A DNA stretch of 64,000 bases, taken from contig NC_043004.1 of assembly GCF_006345805.1 (NCBI RefSeq), positions 62,000,001 through 62,064,000 on the forward strand, written 5' to 3'. Both the position numbers and the translations under genes were made by a program. Source of the stretch: Octopus sinensis (taxonomy: Eukaryota). Positions 40,161 to 53,572 of the stretch are shown one piece after another (position 1 is the stretch's first letter; every line of letters starts with the position of its first letter). A model generated the notes under the pieces. The model searched no databases. It saw nothing but the letters and a program-made list of their open reading frames with translations, and had not been told where the DNA came from.

Positions 40161-41904
40161 ACATATATGTACATACCTACATCTATATGTATATATACAT
40201 GAATATATGAGTACAGGACACCACAAATAAACGTAGAACACAACGAGAAACAAAAGCATAAAACCAAACAAGGAAACGGACATTTTTTTAACAACGAAAA
40301 AACAGAGTACAAGACAACCAACGCAAGGAGTATTCCCCTTCTTCAGCTGCCCCTGTTTCGATTCAATGCGTGTTTCGAATCATGATTTATTGACTAATTA
40401 TGTGTGTGTTCAATATTAGGGAGTGGGAAATAGTTAATTAAGTTTATATAATTTTTACTTAATGAAGCGCCCAATAGTGTAATTTGGTCACTTTATTCCT
40501 GACTGGGTAATAAATTATATAAAAATAGAGCTGTCTTTAATTTCAAACATAATGTTGATTTGTATACGTTGACTGGCATCCACCCAATATTCCCTGATGT
40601 ACAATTAATCGTTCTAATAGGTTTGTCTCATGCTGTACTAATATAAAAACAATTGCGTCGTTTTTATTGATGTAATAAAATAAGATATGAAAATGTATAC
40701 TAGAATAGAATGGTTGTTGTAACAGTGATAATCATATATTTACGGGAAAAAATGTATATATACAGGAGCATTACAAATAGATTCATGATAGTCTAAGTAA
40801 ATGGACTGTTAAACACTATATCTTAGCTTAGAGACTTCAGCTCACGACGATACAGTTTAACAGACGGAGGATTGTAAATTTCAAAAATAAGAAAGTATAA
40901 GAACAGCTGTCTGTCTCCAGCTTATCAATATTTATATACTCATATATACATGCTTCCGAATGAAAAACTATAATTCAGAAAGTTATTAACGTATTGCATA
41001 TATATTTTCAGGAATTAAATATTAATTTTTAACCCTTGCCTGCGGTGTCAACAGATGCTTGAAATTAAGCTTTTGTTTAATTTTCCTTTACGTTTCTTAA
41101 TATATTCTTCTCAGATCTTTTCTCTTGCTTATTTTGTGTCTAATAATTTTCACTGTACACAGTTTCAGTCGCTGTTGTTTCCTGTTGTAATCCAAAGCTG
41201 TTTTAACGCGTATTTTACTTCATTTCTTTTTCAATTATTATTACCTCTTTAAGCCATTATTTTCGTCTTATTGTTTGAGTATTTTTTCAACGAAATATTA
41301 ACTGCCATGGATCTTTTGAGATAAAATAGCATGGGGAACAAAGAAAATACCATCCAGTTTATACCTGTTGTCACACAATATTTTGTGGAATCAAGCAATT
41401 TAGACATTTTACAGTAGTTTTATATTTTCAAGTCATTTGACATTTTGAAGGTGAGAAAAAAGATATTACCATAAATGCTATTAAAAAGGTTTCGTTTTAA
41501 AATATTGTGATACTGGAAAAATAACAAGAATTTTGTTTGTTAGCACAATAATAATATCTGAGATAAGTTTATAGGTAACATTTCAAATATATATATATAT
41601 ACAAAAAATGTATTTATCATATAGTTTGCTTTATAAACTCAGGTACGCATATAAAATGCATACGTATGTGTGCGCTTGTGTGCAAATTTACTTTCACAAA
41701 TTACGACCTGTATAAGTGAGATGATTCCTGTGTAAAAACAAACAACATTTGTATGAATGTCGAAATGGAAAATTTAAATGTATGGTATTAATATATTACA
41801 TTAACAAAAGTATAATACGTATGTTGAAACATAACATACATTTCTCCGTTTGCTTTATGTATATGTATATATTATATATATAATATATATATATATATAG
41901 ATAT

Positions 41905-41988
<84 letters not shown>

Positions 41989-42149
41989 CACCTTTCGTGT
42001 AATAAATACTCGATGTTTTGGCGATCATACTTTCGGGACAGGCTTCTTGACAATTTTAGTGTTACAACAATTTATATTCATGCAGTATTACCTACAATCT
42101 AAAGTAAAAGGAGAAAACCATATAGCTACCGAGACATAAAATGAGAGAC

Positions 42150-42555
42150 AAAATATGCATTTTGAAGTCAAAAGCTGTTCATGTAGCATCGCAAGGAAAT
42201 TATTTAAGACATTCATATCATCTATACGTCTTCCAGGTCATCTGCTAGCATTTTAATAAAGGCTTCAGGACAGTATTCTTTTAACGGAATTTATCGACTA
42301 GGAAATAAATTCATACATCAGGGAAAACCAGATTTAAGGGACAACCGAGACGAATACATAAAGTCATACTTGTTATAAAATTCGCACAAATCTTCTCTAC
42401 TGTTCTCTCATAAATTATAAGGTATATAACTGCATATAGATCAAAGATTTTTCCGAACGGTCTATAAACTCCAGCCGTTGTATGTCATGGACTCGGAAAC
42501 GTAACGGTTCCTACCAATTTACCTCCACGTAACAACGAAAATTAATTTCCTTTTA
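42150..42555 (+). mobile_element. Possible decayed PLE 3' end
   Basis: YRLGNKFIHQGKPDL resembles the GIY-YIG terminal E..FI...KP.LN. It is followed by AGCCGT...GAAACGTA-ACGGTT (HHR-like stem I/III with no recognisable core) and (TA)n. Confidence 0.35.
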
Positions 42556-42647
42556 ATATGCAAATAGATATATACATATACATATTTATATATATATATA
42601 TATGCAAATAGATATATACATATATATATATATGTATATATATATAC

Positions 42648-42713
<66 letters not shown>

Positions 42714-42765
42714 ATATTTATTATATACATATATCAAATTAGGCAACAAGGATATCCAGAGGTAA

Positions 42766-42852
42766 TGCAGTACGATCGTTTCATGCAACTCCATTTAATT
42801 GAACAATGTAATCATTACATCAATTTAAAATACAGACCAATCTTCAGATGCA
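42766..42852 (-). ncRNA. Type-I hammerhead motif with long stem II
   Basis: RC: TGCAT-CTGAAGA-[..TTAAATTGA TGTAAT g ATTACA ttgt TCAATTAAAT..]-GAA-ACGATCGT-A-CTGCA. Canonical core, palindromic stem III and GUA site; the base of stem II is poorly paired. Confidence 0.65.
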
Positions 42853-43009
42853 CAAAGACATAGAATTTAACTAAATTAAATTAGAACAGGTGGACACATT
42901 AGAATAATTATACCTAAAATCTCCAAGAATTTAAGGGGATAGAGAAAGAACAAGCTGTCTTTCTAGAGAATTAGAAGTTACTGAATTTTCAAGAAGATAT
43001 GCATTGTTA

Positions 43010-44400
43010 CAGACTCTACCCGTCACTGTCTTTTTGTTTTTATGGCGTCAGATTTAATTTATAGACTAGTTTGTCAAATTCCTTGTGTATCTAAGGCTGA
43101 AAGAACAGAGAGCTCTATCTGCTAAGATGTGGGGCTGAGGGAGCTGATCTCTACAGCTGTATATAACCATTGCAGTATCACTTTGCTCCTCTGGAAACAC
43201 TTTTAATTTATTCTAGCGCCTTGTCCAATCTGTGCGATAACATTGCAGTACACTGTATGGAGAGAAGTTATTGTTCTGTAATTTTATGTTTTTGCAGTTT
43301 CAGTGGAGTTGAGAATTAGGATAGTTTTACTTTCCGTGAGCCATTCAGCCACTGTCTTGCTTCTGCTAATATTTCATTCAATTTCTATAGCCAATTTTTT
43401 AATGTATTTCTAGAATTAGGGTATCTTGTTCAGCCTGGGTGCCTTCCAACTTTTCCAGTACCTAGGACTTTAGAATTGATCAGATGCAGTATTTGCGAAT
43501 TTGATAGATATTTCTGAGATTGTTCCTTCCGTGATCATATTTCTTTCCAAACTTCTTCCACTTCTTCTGCTATTGGGGCTGCATTGTTGTAAAAGAAACG
43601 GTGGAGTCTCTCATACCGTTGGATGTTTTGTGCTTTGGCGAGTACGTCTTGCTTTAGCTGTACTTTTACTTCAGGTGTACGTTGTCTGTAATTTTGTATT
43701 TAAGTAATATGTCTCTTCGCTTTTTGTTGATTAGTAGTGTGGCTTAGTAGTGTTGACTGTCTACTAGTTTCATTAACGATTAACAGATCCTTTCTTTGCT
43801 TTCGTTTTCTCCTGGATATTACTTATCCACAGGACTTTTCCGAGTAGTGACACTCTAGTTTCGATGAATTACAGGGCGTATTCAGCTTCTTTTGTGGCTA
43901 CAGATGCCGGTGCGTATATTGTATAATTTAACGTGGTAATAATGACATTTGTTTCTGTGGCTATTAGATCTGTGAAGGGCCAGGTTCATTTTACTTATTA
44001 GTGATGTTTTATTAAAAATTTTGATTTTTGGGTGATACAATCGATAGTCCATACTGAGACCTGTGGCTTTCAATTCTTTGTTTATACTCATTCTTAGAAT
44101 ATCATAAGCATTAGTTTCGCCTTCACTATTTTAAGGTTTTAGAGCTGGTTCATATTCCCTCCCGTTCATATTTGTGGTGTTCTGGTTTCATGCATTTTGC
44201 CCAGCATTAAGCATTTCTACATTTTATGTTTGTTGTCTTTTGTTGCTTACTTCGTTTTTGTTGGATCTATTACGTCTAAGTTTTCCTGAGTCTTCATTTT
44301 AAGTGCTCTATTTCTATTTCAATTTCTGTTTTTTTTTATTGGTTTTCAGAATATATTTCCGTATGTTAGCTAATTTATTGGGGTTCATTGCTATATCCAC
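43010..44400 (-). mobile_element. Decayed R4/Dong-like RT region
   Basis: 43180-43480 reads LNEILAEA.TVAEWLTESKTILI..ETAKT*NYRTITSLHTVY..VFPEEQ, a decayed WLT.G.T.L.PK..NYRPITCL..EQ.G motif. Outer limits are uncertain. Confidence 0.6.
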
Positions 44401-44445
44401 ATCTTTAGCTAGGCTATTTTTATATTATTTGCTTATATGTATATA

Positions 44446-44847
44446 AGCGCAGGAGTGGGTGTGTGATAAGTAGTTTGCTTACCCAGCACATGGTTCCGGG
44501 TTCAGTCCCACTGCGTAGCACCTTGGACAAGTGTCTTCTGCCATAGCCTCGGGCCGGCCAAAGCCTTGTGGGTGGATTTGGTAGGCGGAAACTAAAATAA
44601 GCCCATCGTATATATTTATTTAGATATGTATATGTGCGTATATATTTGTATATCTGTGTTTGTCCACTCAAAATTGCTTCACAGCCGATGGTGTTGTATT
44701 TACGTCCCCGTAACCTAGCGGTTCAGCAAAAGAGAGCGATAGAATAAGTACTAAGCTTACAAAGAATAAGTCCTGGGGTCGATGTGTTCGACTAAAGGCG
44801 GTGCTTCTGCATGGCCGCAGTCAAATGCCTGAAACAAGTAAAAGAGT
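44446..44847 (+). mobile_element. tRNA-derived SINE, family B, with LINE-like 3' tail
   Basis: GCGCAGGAGTGGGTGTGTGATAAG..GGGTTCAGTCCC head and internal microsatellite. Tail is GGCGGTGCTTCTGCATGGCCGCAG..GAAACAAGTAAAAGAG. Degenerate relatives at ~28690-28780 and ~29732-29860. Confidence 0.85.
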
Positions 44848-45431
44848 ATATGTTGTTTCCGCACTTTTGGCGGAGCACTGCTGTAAAATAAGCGTGTAAA
44901 TTTGAAATATATCCCTCACGTGTCGATTAATCCTTCCTTGATTTTGTTTCTGGGATGTAGGGCATAATGTCTGGCCCTTCATTTTGATGGTCATCATTTT
45001 CGTAAGGTACCCGTCCCTTCATTTCTGGTGTTAAATGGATTTGCACGTGCAGATTTTTGTACTTTTTGTGTAATTAGATTAAACTATGTACTTCTCGTTT
45101 TTTATCCTTGGGTTGAATAATGCAAGTATCTTTTAATTTATTTAATCTTATTTGTATATGGTGGTTTGGAACGGAAACGGTCAGCCGTTGATTTGAACCT
45201 TTATGTGCCGAGCGTGTTTACACGTGTTGTACGAGTGATAGACATGATACACAGTTGAGATACATAATGTCATTTGGAAAATAGAAATGATTTTAATGAG
45301 TATTACTCGTATATAATCCAGCACTTTTTCAGTTAATTTGGATTCCCTCTTTTGTCTTTATTCTCGATGTTGTTGAATAGTTTTCGGAGCAGTGTTTTAT
45401 CGCTTTCATACGTTAAACGTCCAGGGAATTG

Positions 45432-45482
45432 TCATCATCATCGTCGTCGTCATCATCATGATCATCATGATCATCATTATTA

Positions 45483-45540
<58 letters not shown>
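45432..45540. repeat. (CAT)n/(TAT)n compound microsatellite
   Basis: Direct reading; source of the poly-H/Y/I ORFs. Confidence 0.95.
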
Positions 45541-45541
<1 letters not shown>

Positions 45542-45542
45542 G

Positions 45543-45750
45543 AAAGTGATGAGCTAGCAGAATCGGTAGCACACTGGGCGAAATGCTTAGTGGTATCTTG
45601 CCTATAGCTACGTTCTGAGTTAAAATTTGGCCGAGGCCGACTTTGCCTTTCAATCTTTCGGGATCGATAAAATAAATGCCTGATGAACATTGGGGTCGAT
45701 GTTATCGACTCGGCTCCACCTCCACGCAGCTGCGTTTGTGGCAGAAATAA
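45543..45750 (+). mobile_element. tRNA-derived SINE, family A (older)
   Basis: GATGAGCTAGCAGAATCGGTAGCAC..CCGAGGCCGACTTTGCCTTT..GGGGTCGATGTTATCGAC. Confidence 0.8.
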
Positions 45751-46616
45751 TAATAATAAGTGTTATTATTATTTATTATTATAATTTATATAATTTATTT
45801 ATTTTTCTTATTATTTTTAGTGGTAGTGGTTGTAGTAGTAGTAGGAATAGTAGTAGTAGGATGATGAATAGGAGGAGGAAAATGATGGGTGAAGTAGGAG
45901 AAGTAGGAGCAGGACAACAGCAGCAACGTCTGTACATATGCATGTGTGCGTATTCATGGTTTTGTGTTTGTTGTGTGTTTGTGTGTGTGTGTGAGGTTTA
46001 ATAAGACAGTGAACCCAAGAATAAAAACCTATGTCATGCTATCTCGTGTAAGGAAACGACTGAGAAGCATGGTGTAAATTGTATTTTGCAAATCCACGAA
46101 ATACTACATAGCAAAATATATTACACAGTAAGATTTTCATGGAGATTACGAGCATGTAAAGCGCATGTAACAATAGAAGGAAAAACTTAAACAAGGAACA
46201 AAAAGAAGCTAAAGAACGTATGAAGATAGGGACGATGTTCATCTGGGTAATGATGTTTTAACTCGATACTTTCGAAGATGGTGGTGAGGATAATGATATA
46301 GGTGTTGTTCTCATTATTGCAGTCGCTTATGATGATAGGGTTGTTGATGTTGTCGGTTATTGTTGCTGTTGTTGTTCAAGATGATGATGATAATAACTAT
46401 GACGACGATAGTGTCACCTCTGACGATGGAGAAGATGTGAATAACCTCATGACTGAAAATTTATATATAAATAAATATAAAGTGTGAGTTACCACATTAT
46501 AAAATATATAAAATAATGTAATTATCATATACTACTTAATATTGTCTGCGGCCAGGCATAGTCGTGTTATGCACAGTTCACACGACACTTAATTTATATT
46601 CAAATTTGTGCCCACA

Positions 46617-46857
46617 GGCATATTGCGTAGTGGTTAAGAGTGCAGGCTAGTAACCGCAAGATTCTTAGTTTGATTTCAGGCAGTGACCTGAATAATAATA
46701 ATAGTAAAAATAATATCATCGAAAAACAGTTTAGGAATGACAACTCAGGTTCGAAATTTCCCCAAAACACCTGATGAAATCTGGAGGATATACCAGCAGA
46801 AACGTTGTGTTAACAAAAACAAGATGAGAACAAATATCCGTCAAATGTAAATAATGT
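46617..46857 (+). mobile_element. tRNA-headed SINE carrying a minimal hammerhead motif
   Basis: tRNA-like head 46617-46688 (TGCGTAGTGG A box, TGCAGG-CTAGTAA-CCGCA anticodon arm, AGTTTGATTTC B box), then an (AAT)n spacer and the HHR at 46766-46811. Confidence 0.72.
46766..46811 (+). ncRNA. Minimal type-I hammerhead motif
   Basis: AACAC-CTGATGA-aat CTGG aggatata CCAG ca-GAAA-CGT-T-GTGTT. 5-bp stem I, canonical core, palindromic AACGTT stem III and GUU site. Confidence 0.75.
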
Positions 46858-48257
46858 CGATTTTATTGAATAAATTCACTCTTTAGTATTTCAAGATAGT
46901 TGTCGTGTAATTTTGGTAAATGTATCTGTGAAAATGAGATGTCGATATTATCTATATGTTTGTGTAATTTAGACGTCAGTTTATTCAGCGCACCCTGCAG
47001 ATTCATTTTTTATTACGAAGGCAGAAGACAATTTGTTTTGTACAAAATTCAAAAAGCGGAAATGACTTGAAAGGATTTGTATATTGTATGTGTTTATGTA
47101 GCATGATGATATATAATTATGCATTCAACGTTAATATATATTCGCCCATGCATACCGGTATGCATGTTTTCATGAGAAAATAACATTGTGGTTTCAAACT
47201 TTGGCCCAAGGCCAACAATATACAGGTAGAGGTTAAGTTAATAATATAGACACAAGTGCTCAATTGGTACCTATTTTACCGACACTGGTAAGATGAAATA
47301 TTTTGAAATATAAAATTTGTTTATATAGAATCACGCCACGCTTACTGTTTATTTACTTGTTTCGCCAAAGGTGATTAATACCTAAATGGCATTAGCAAAA
47401 TATCTATCAAATTCTTCATAATGATTTCCTTTAGAGTGACGTGGGGAACAATTAAAATAACGTTTTGGTTAATGGAATAACATGAATATTTCAGCGTGTA
47501 ATATGGGGTGATAGTTACTATATTCGTAATGAGCACACATACATAAACGTACAAACATATACATATACGCACACTCTCACACAGTGATATATAAGTATAT
47601 AAAATATGCTTCAAAATAATAGTATTTACACTTTATTGTTCATTTCATATCGAACTATGTGAAAAGTGCTTCTGGTTGCAGTTTCCCGGAAAAATAAATC
47701 AATCGTTTGTTTACATTTTAAATAAAAGAGTGTGTAGGAAACAGAACATGCATTTTCATCTTCCTGATCTCCTTATGAACGTCAAATGCAATATAAAATA
47801 TTGTATAGTGCGATTGTTTATTTGGATCGCTAAGTCATACGACATATTGAAATAGTTGACTAGTTACAAAGTATTTATTATTCTCTCGGTTGTTAAAGGA
47901 ACGAATATTATTGATCTTAAATGAGAAGCTGACAAAAAAATTAGATCTAATTTCTATTTATCTATTCATAACTACATTTTTTTTGTAAAATCTTTCAATG
48001 TATCGTACAATACAATGCACCGATGCAAAACAAAGTGAGCAATGCTAATGAGCTTAAGTGTTAGAAATGCGTAATATCTTTATAATATATGATCTTGAAG
48101 GTTTTGATTCTGATTCTGGCTAGATTTCATCATATTTCATTTATTGTTGACTGAATGAAAGAACGTTGCCATCCCTGCACATTGCAGATTGAGAAAAAAA
48201 CGAAGAAACAATTAAACATCTTGGTTTATTTTTGCAGCAGGTAATACGTAAAATATA

Positions 48258-48486
48258 TATTTCTTTACTACCCACAAGGGGCTAAACACAGAGGGGAAAA
48301 ACAAGGACAGACAAACAGATTAAGTCGATTACATCGACCCCAGTGCTTAACTGGTACTTAATTTATCGACTCCGAAATGATGAAAGGCAAAGTCGACCTC
48401 GGCGGAATTTGAACCCAGAACATAACGGCAGACGAAATACGGCTACGCATTTCGCCCGGCGTGCTAACGTTTCTGCCAGTTCGCAG
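48258..48486 (-). mobile_element. tRNA-derived SINE, family A
   Basis: Close match to 11022-11256. 15-bp TSD AATACGTAAAATATA at 48243-48257 and 48487-48501. Confidence 0.93.
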
Positions 48487-49403
48487 AATACGTAAAATAT
48501 AATGTAACTTCAACCCGGCGAAATGATCGACGTACTTTAAAATATCGGAAACGTATACATGCATCACAGTTGGTGATATCCTGGACGATAATGTCTATCA
48601 CACTAACAGAGTTTCAGATAATTAACGCTCACTCACAAACTTTAAGATTTAATATGTCCTGGGCGAAAAAAAAAGATGTGTCTAAGATGACTGGCTGCGT
48701 GATCGAACCTAGAAATACAATAAATTCTATGTAATATATCAAGAACATAATAGCGGTTATAAATAGATTATGTGTAGCGATGTAGCATGTACATGGTCAA
48801 AGAGTAATGTCGGTTACTTCGATAATATCCTCTTGAGGAGGAAAACGATATAATATAGTTATAAATTATGTTGCAAATTAGTTAGAAATTTAATAATCTT
48901 TTCAGACATTGAACTAGTTGTACAGTTAATGGATACTTATTTCCTTTACGGACCTGTTATTTTAGTGTCTACTACTTGTTCGATAGTCAATTAGATTGGC
49001 ATTAGATGCGCTATATTGATAGAAAATAAAATTACAATGATGAAGCAACAGATGTCTAAATGTCTATGATAAATTATAACTAACGAGATTATGAAGTTTT
49101 GATAATATTTTCTCTATTTAGAGAGGCAGTTTCTATTTGTACTTACATGTACATCGTATTTAGATAACTTTCCTTCATAATCATCACCAGCTAACTTGTT
49201 ATTGAACATGTAAACACAGAAGTGTCCTATTACATAACAACATTAGAACGTATAATGCCTAGAGCTAATGCAGTGTGATGCTGTGTACACATCCACATCT
49301 AACAAGAGAAAGCCACGATGGATGAGAAAAGTGAACGGAGAAGCGATATGCATAAATCTATGTTTTACTTATAAGCATAACTGTAGATACACAACACTGA
49401 TAT

Positions 49404-49490
<87 letters not shown>

Positions 49491-50099
49491 CATGTATATA
49501 CATACGACGTGCGATGGGTACATTGTGGCTATATTATAAACATTCACATTGCTTGCTTTAGATTTTGTTGACTACACAGTAAAAAGGTGTCAGATGGGCA
49601 CCTTCGGTGTGAAAAAGCAGCACCGTGGGGCAATTTACTCTGACAGAAGTATGGAGCTCAGCATGTTGCACTGCTTCTTATTCATGCCGTGTGCTCCAGT
49701 ACGAACAATTCAGAGTGTGTGGATGTCAGTCTGAGGACATGTAACGAGAGTGATAAAAATGATACATTCAGACATCATGGTGTTTGGAGTGATCACTAGT
49801 GGACCTTTAGAATCTTTGAAACTGAATCTGCATGACGTGGGAAGTTTTCTAAGACCATACATGTTCTTTCATTGTTTTTGAGTTTTAACACTCATTTCTT
49901 TAGCTTCAAACATAGCCCCCTGCTTCGGAAAGGACAACGCCTCTCAAATCGATCAGCACGAAGAGGTGTTACCTTCTCTCTCTTGTTGTAAACGGAATGA
50001 AAGTAATAAAGTATCTGCAAATGGAAACACCACACAAACCATTTCCAAAACGACCACAGCCGGCAGTACAATTGAAACCTACGAAAAAATAAGAATAAC

Positions 50100-51450
50100 A
50101 AATGCTACTGTCGCGGTTTCGCTTCTGTTGTAAAATTTAATCAAGAGACAATCAACATAAAATTGATGATTTAAGAACTTAAAAAATTTAATTCAGAAGA
50201 AACGGTACAGATGTCAATTTGACCAGCCCACCCTTGTGAAATTATACAACACATATTGCGCAGAACTGTTATCTGCAAAATGCTATCATTGAACTAAAAA
50301 AAATGAGCCATCAACAATTTAAAAAGCGTTTGCAACCAATTTGGAGCAAAATTGTATACGTGGGTAGGGGAAGAAATATAGTACTGTGGAATTAAGGTTC
50401 GCATCAGATGACGAAGCCAAGCAACACTCCACAACACTTGATCGGCGAGTCTCAAAACTAAAAATTGCGGAAATACCCCCAGAATTTGACACTTGTTTGG
50501 TAGTGACAGCCATCCTACTTGACATTGCGGAACAGGTTGAAATTCTGCAAATGAACTACTTACACCAGTAAGATCGGTGGTGGGAGGGACTGGAGCTTTT
50601 AATTCAAGCAGGCCAAGAAACGCTCAAAAAATTTCAGGCCTTATCGACTAGACAGAAGATGCGAAGTTACAAGTATCGGAGGAGAGGCGTAAAACAAGTT
50701 GCTATCTCTGCGGACAGAACGACCGCCTCAAAATATTTTGCCTGTACTGATCAGACCGAAACGCCAGCGACCTTCAAACGTAGTACCACAGCAGCACCAA
50801 ACGCGAGCTATATTACAGGCAACACCAACACCACCTAAAACGGCAACGATTACACAGATTACAGAAGGTGAAACGACAACAGCATCAGGTGTTGCGGCGA
50901 AGTAAACAAGAATCAAATAAACAAGAACGTAGACAAGTAACTTATATTTCACTACAATCAACGCAAATAATGAACACCTAATGAAATGTATACATGAAAA
51001 TACTAACATTACACGAAATGATTTTCTCTGCATTCGATTTAACGTTAATGATCACATACATATATTGAGCATAACTAACACAACCTTAACTGAATTAAAA
51101 GAAAACCACACCATTGCGGTGGATAATCGCCAAAGAACAATACCCAAATGTTTATATAAAACCTGATCGGGGAAACTCCCACGCCCAGCCAGAAATGTGA
51201 GAAAAATATTTCACGATAGGTTGGTAGCAAGGGCGCTTTTTCAAGGACAATAGGTCACTGGATTTCGATGTGCAAACGACGTTGTAAGGATGTCGGTGAT
51301 GAAAGGTTGAAAAAGAGCACCTTTCTCTCCGGCAGGGGTTTTATTAACCATTTCAGTTGGCAAAAGAAGACTGAGACTGAAGAGATAGGGCTTGCCCTCG
51401 TGCAAATTTGAAGATAGATAATGTAGCTAGAATCGTTAGAATGAATGTGT
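50100..51450 (+). mobile_element. Probable internally deleted L1/Tx1-like LINE relic
   Basis: ORF1-like VELRFASDDEAKQHST..RRVSKLKIAEIPPEFD and an APE-start-like NLYFTTINAN (~50939). A C-terminal-like piece KKSTFLSGRGFINHF lies at ~51310. Confidence 0.4.
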
Positions 51451-51567
51451 CCTACGTGAGCATAAATTTCTATATATATGTATGTCTGTATGTATGTGTA
51501 CATACATATTTATATGCATAATGTATGCGTGTATGAAAATATATTCATGTATGTATATCTAAGCAGA

Positions 51568-51683
<116 letters not shown>

Positions 51684-52178
51684 TGCATATCTATATTTGT
51701 ATGTATACTTTTGTGTTTACATACCTTCTTATATTTCTATAGATATATAGTCACACACACGAACACACATTCAGCGAATGCACATAATTGATTATATATA
51801 TGTCTGTGGCCCATAGTTTTCCTATATTATTTTCTTTGTACACAAACACCAACCAAAATCCATGACAAATGCGATTATATTTAGTATACAAAACGCGCAG
51901 CTTATACAACAGCTTCAAAAGCATTCCAACATAGTTTTCGTTTGTTTTGTTTACATATACCATGAATATTTATCTTCGATCTCTATTAAAATAGAACATT
52001 ACAGGTCGTCATGGCGTCGGTCATCGTTTGTTTGTTACACACCACAAAGGGTTATTGAATAACAAGAGCGAGTATATAAGAGTGAAACACAGAAAGAAGG
52101 AAAGAGAATTAAAAAAGCCACGTACACATGAAGGCAAAAATATTGAGGAAAAATTACATGTGCGTACGTGTGTGTGTG

Positions 52179-52212
<34 letters not shown>

Positions 52213-53355
52213 CGTGCGTTCGCATCTTCTGTGATTTTTACCACTGACCTGCTATGCTACTTGAGGTTCAACGCCCGAAAGGATGCAACCTCACTATTTG
52301 TTATACGTACATACATACTTACATGCATACATATATTCATACATACCAAATGGCATCGAACACTGACACAGTTTTTCTTGGATAATGTATAATATTCCCC
52401 ATATATTTGTTGTCTTTAAAGCAAGCTTGTGAAAGAAATGATTATATTCTTTGAGTGAACACGAATACATTTTTTTTTAATCGTAGGAGTAATATAACAG
52501 TAAAATACATACCACTTGGAATAATTACTATATATACATCATGGTCACGAAATAATACGTTGTCTGCCATCAAATTCAAATACCCAGGTTTTGGACAATG
52601 AATGTCCCACTATATTTTGCCAGCAGATAACACTGCAGAAACCGATTCTAATGATAATACAGATGTAAAATGGATTACCTCTAGTGAAAATAACATTAAC
52701 AGACTCAGAAAAAGACAGGGCAGTTGGGCATCATTATAAAATGTAATGCTAAAAATGAATACACGAATCACCAGCTATGACTGCATGATGGATTCTTCAA
52801 ACTGTATGGGTATTACCTTCGAGAATCCCTCTTATAGGCGAGCGATAAGTGAAACCTTCCGTACTGTAAAACGTTACAGAGAAGAATAGAATTACGGTCA
52901 CCCACACATTTTTCTTGGTGTCAAAAACTTATATTCTGCTCACATGGTCAATATCAAGAGACAATTTGAACTAGTCACAACATCCTCATGAGGTGAGGTT
53001 TAAGAATGAAGTCTGGGCGAAATAAATGCCCGAGAAATTGTCGACAAGACAGAACTTGTCCATAAATCGCTACATACATTGTTGCTATGATTAAAGTCAT
53101 CTTAATATAACACTGACAATTTCTACCAACGAAATTACAGTAAATATTATTTAGAGTGGAGTAAAACAGGGGCGCATGTTGCATCAAAACATACAAGAGA
53201 CAACCAAAGTAATAAAAGTATCAAAAAAGAAATCTCTGTGCAACAAGAATCAGGATGCTAACTAAACAGTATACCAATACTAAAAGATTAACGTTTACCC
53301 TAACTCCACGATAATATAACCCGAATGAAATTAAAGGCAATATTTCGGAATTCTG

Positions 53356-53572
53356 AAGGCGGCGAGCTGGCAAAAACGTTAGCAAGTCAGGCAATATGCT
53401 TAGCGGTATTTTGTCTGTCTTTATGTTGTTCTGAGTTCAAATTCCGCTCAGGTCAACATTGTCCTTCATCCTTTCGGGGTCGATAAATTAAGTACCAGTT
53501 GCGTACAGTGGTCGACCTAATCGACTGGCGCCCCAGAAAAAAATTCCGTGCCTTGTACCTAGAGTACAAATG
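53356..53572 (+). mobile_element. tRNA-derived SINE, family A, nested in PLE
   Basis: AAGGCGGCGAGCTGGC head. 17-bp TSD AATATTTCGGA(A/T)TTCTG at 53339-53355 and 53573-53589. Confidence 0.92.

Noticed and set aside
40325-40380. CTGAAGA plus GAAAC motifs on the minus strand as a hammerhead
   Set aside because: The order is reversed for type I, the hairpin after CTGAAGA is followed by TGCG rather than GAAA, and I could not close a type II/III fold.
41300-41520. Possible hAT transposase relic (FIPVVTQYFVES..GEKKDI)
   Set aside because: Too short and decayed to support without a search.
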